This document shows positions 62,927-64,000 of a DNA stretch of 64,000 bases, piece after piece. Position 1 is the stretch's first letter, and the number at the start of each line of letters is the position of its first letter. A program made the position numbers and the translations under genes. The notes under the pieces were generated by a model. It ran no database searches. It was not told where the DNA came from and saw only the letters and a list, made by a program, of their open reading frames with translations. This DNA comes from Clostridiales bacterium. Its GTDB lineage: Bacteria; Bacillota; Clostridia; Christensenellales; Aristaeellaceae. The DNA lies in the NCBI GenBank assembly GCA_012837965.1, contig DUQF01000013.1:17360-81359 (forward strand). Direction: 5' to 3'.

Positions 62927-63721
62927 ATGAAGAAAATTGCCCTGATCGCCTTAATAGGGCTTACTTGTCTCCTATTGGTTGGCTGTCAAAAGCAGGCGGC
63001 AAACATCACGCATGCCCCCATTGGTATAGCCACGCAGGCCCCTGCAATGGAGGTTTCCGAAACACCAGCAACAGATCTTCCCAGTCTTAAAGATCAACTG
63101 CCGCCAGGTTACGATCCCGCCTCCGAAGAGGCTCCGGAATCTCTGCTTGCCAATCAAAATCCGCAAACAGAAATGGCAGCGCATGCTGGCGCTACCGCAA
63201 TACCCATTGACCCAGTTGATTTGCCCACACCAACGCCCCGTCCCCCGCTAGCCTTTACCTACGCAAAGTATACGTCATCCGCTCTTGGACTTAGCTTTGA
63301 ATCGGTTGCCGGGTATGAAATTGATGAATCTCAGCCCAATACCTATATTCTTCGTGAACCGGTTACCAGCATCAAAGATAATTATCAAGTACAGATTACC
63401 ATAAGTTTGACGCCGGTAACCAACAACTTTAAATCACAGGACGCAAAGCAAGAGCTAAGCGCAAAACTCAAAGATTTGGGAACAATTAACTACACGCAGT
63501 GGGATTTAACCACCACCAACTCTCGCACTTTACTTGGTAAACCCGGTTATTATGCCAATTATCGAGGCGTCCTCTTTGATGGCACTATCGTTCGTGGCCG
63601 TGTACATATGGCTTTGGTAGATGGAAAGTTACTCACCTTACATGTAACTTGCCCGGGATGGTATAACACCGATTACATGGATGTCTATGCCCGTATTCGC
63701 AGTACTCTAAAACAAAATTAG
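62927..63721 (+). CDS. Lipoprotein of unknown function
   Basis: The signal peptide has the lipobox LLLVGC (MKKIALIALIGLTCLLLVGCQ). A Pro/Ala/Thr-rich linker precedes a ~160-aa domain. Confidence 0.65.
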   Translation: MKKIALIALIGLTCLLLVGCQKQAANITHAPIGIATQAPAMEVSETPATDLPSLKDQLPPGYDPASEEAPESLLANQNPQTEMAAHAGATAIPIDPVDLPTPTPRPPLAFTYAKYTSSALGLSFESVAGYEIDESQPNTYILREPVTSIKDNYQVQITISLTPVTNNFKSQDAKQELSAKLKDLGTINYTQWDLTTTNSRTLLGKPGYYANYRGVLFDGTIVRGRVHMALVDGKLLTLHVTCPGWYNTDYMDVYARIRSTLKQN

Positions 63722-63727
63722 CAAGTG

Positions 63728-63766
63728 AAAACAACAGCCCAAGAAATAAGGGCTGTTGTTTTTTTG
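63728..63766. terminator. Bidirectional terminator between the lipoprotein gene and nrdR
   Basis: The stem aaaacaacagccc / gggctgttgtttt has a 9-nt loop, with a T run on the plus strand and an A run upstream. Confidence 0.8.
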
Positions 63767-63780
63767 GTGCAGAATTGTAA

Positions 63781-64000
63781 TTAAGTTTTGCCGGTTTTAC
63801 TTGATTCCTTGACTAAATCATTCAATTCCTTCATAAAGGTCGGAATATCTGTAAATTGTCGATACACGGAAGCAAAACGTATATAAGCGACTTCATCTAA
63901 AGATTTAAGGCGTTCCATGACCATTTCCCCAATTTGCTTCGTGCTGATTTCCTGCCGCATAGTGTTATAGGCAAACTGCTCAATTTCTGAAACGATTTTT
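63781..64000 (-). CDS. nrdR: Transcriptional repressor NrdR, C-terminal fragment (ATP-cone); 5' end lies outside the window
   Basis: The reverse translation reads ...EIEQFAYNTMRQEISTKQIGEMVMERLKSLDEVAYIRFASVYRQFTDIPTFMKELNDLVKESSKTGKT then a stop. VAYIRFASVYRQF is the NrdR signature. Confidence 0.8.
   Translation of the reverse strand, partial: KIVSEIEQFAYNTMRQEISTKQIGEMVMERLKSLDEVAYIRFASVYRQFTDIPTFMKELNDLVKESSKTGKT

Overview
This 64-kb window looks like chromosomal DNA from a low-GC Gram-positive anaerobe, probably Clostridia-like Bacillota. That placement is my inference from gene content: ctsR-mcsA-mcsB-clpC, Rnf plus pyruvate:ferredoxin oxidoreductase, a T-box leader, and the sigA-trmK-nif3 and yybS-rplI-dnaB syntenies. 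I support about 60 protein-coding genes, densely packed and mostly housekeeping. I found no rRNA, tRNA, CRISPR array, transposase or prophage block. In window order the genes are: sigA 3' end, trmK, a nif3-family gene and a lone tyrosine recombinase; the class III heat-shock operon ctsR-mcsA-mcsB-clpC with a textbook CtsR operator; a zinc-ribbon/TPM gene pair; an Rnf operon; a secreted caspase-like peptidase and an L,D-transpeptidase; yebC; a four-gene membrane operon (degenerate ABC ATPase, ABC-2-like permease, flippase-like protein, GDPD); nifJ (PFOR); two adjacent frameshifted genes; a sugar ABC uptake operon; an ABC-F ATPase; secG; a GH2 hydrolase; thiI with a cysteine desulfurase; the asp23-nusB-folD-xseAB-ispA block; T-box-controlled hisS-aspS; a peptidoglycan-binding protein; a heterodimeric ABC exporter; parE/parC-like topoisomerase genes; yybS-rplI-dnaB-yhaM; a lipoprotein; and the nrdR 3' end. 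The most unusual locus is the Rnf operon. No rnfG sits between rnfD and rnfE. Instead a 667-670 aa membrane-anchored RnfG-like protein with five FMN-binding modules (two pairs of ~93% identical tandem DNA repeats joined by acidic linkers) is encoded first, directly after a stand-alone FMN adenylyltransferase gene. Secondary points of interest are: an ABC-type operon whose ATPase has lost every catalytic motif; an McsB lacking conserved phosphagen-kinase motifs; a 15-bp perfect palindrome beside the recombinase gene with a third arm copy inside that gene; and two neighbouring homopolymer frameshifts. All calls rest on reading the sequence and the ORF translations against remembered family motifs. 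No database search was run.
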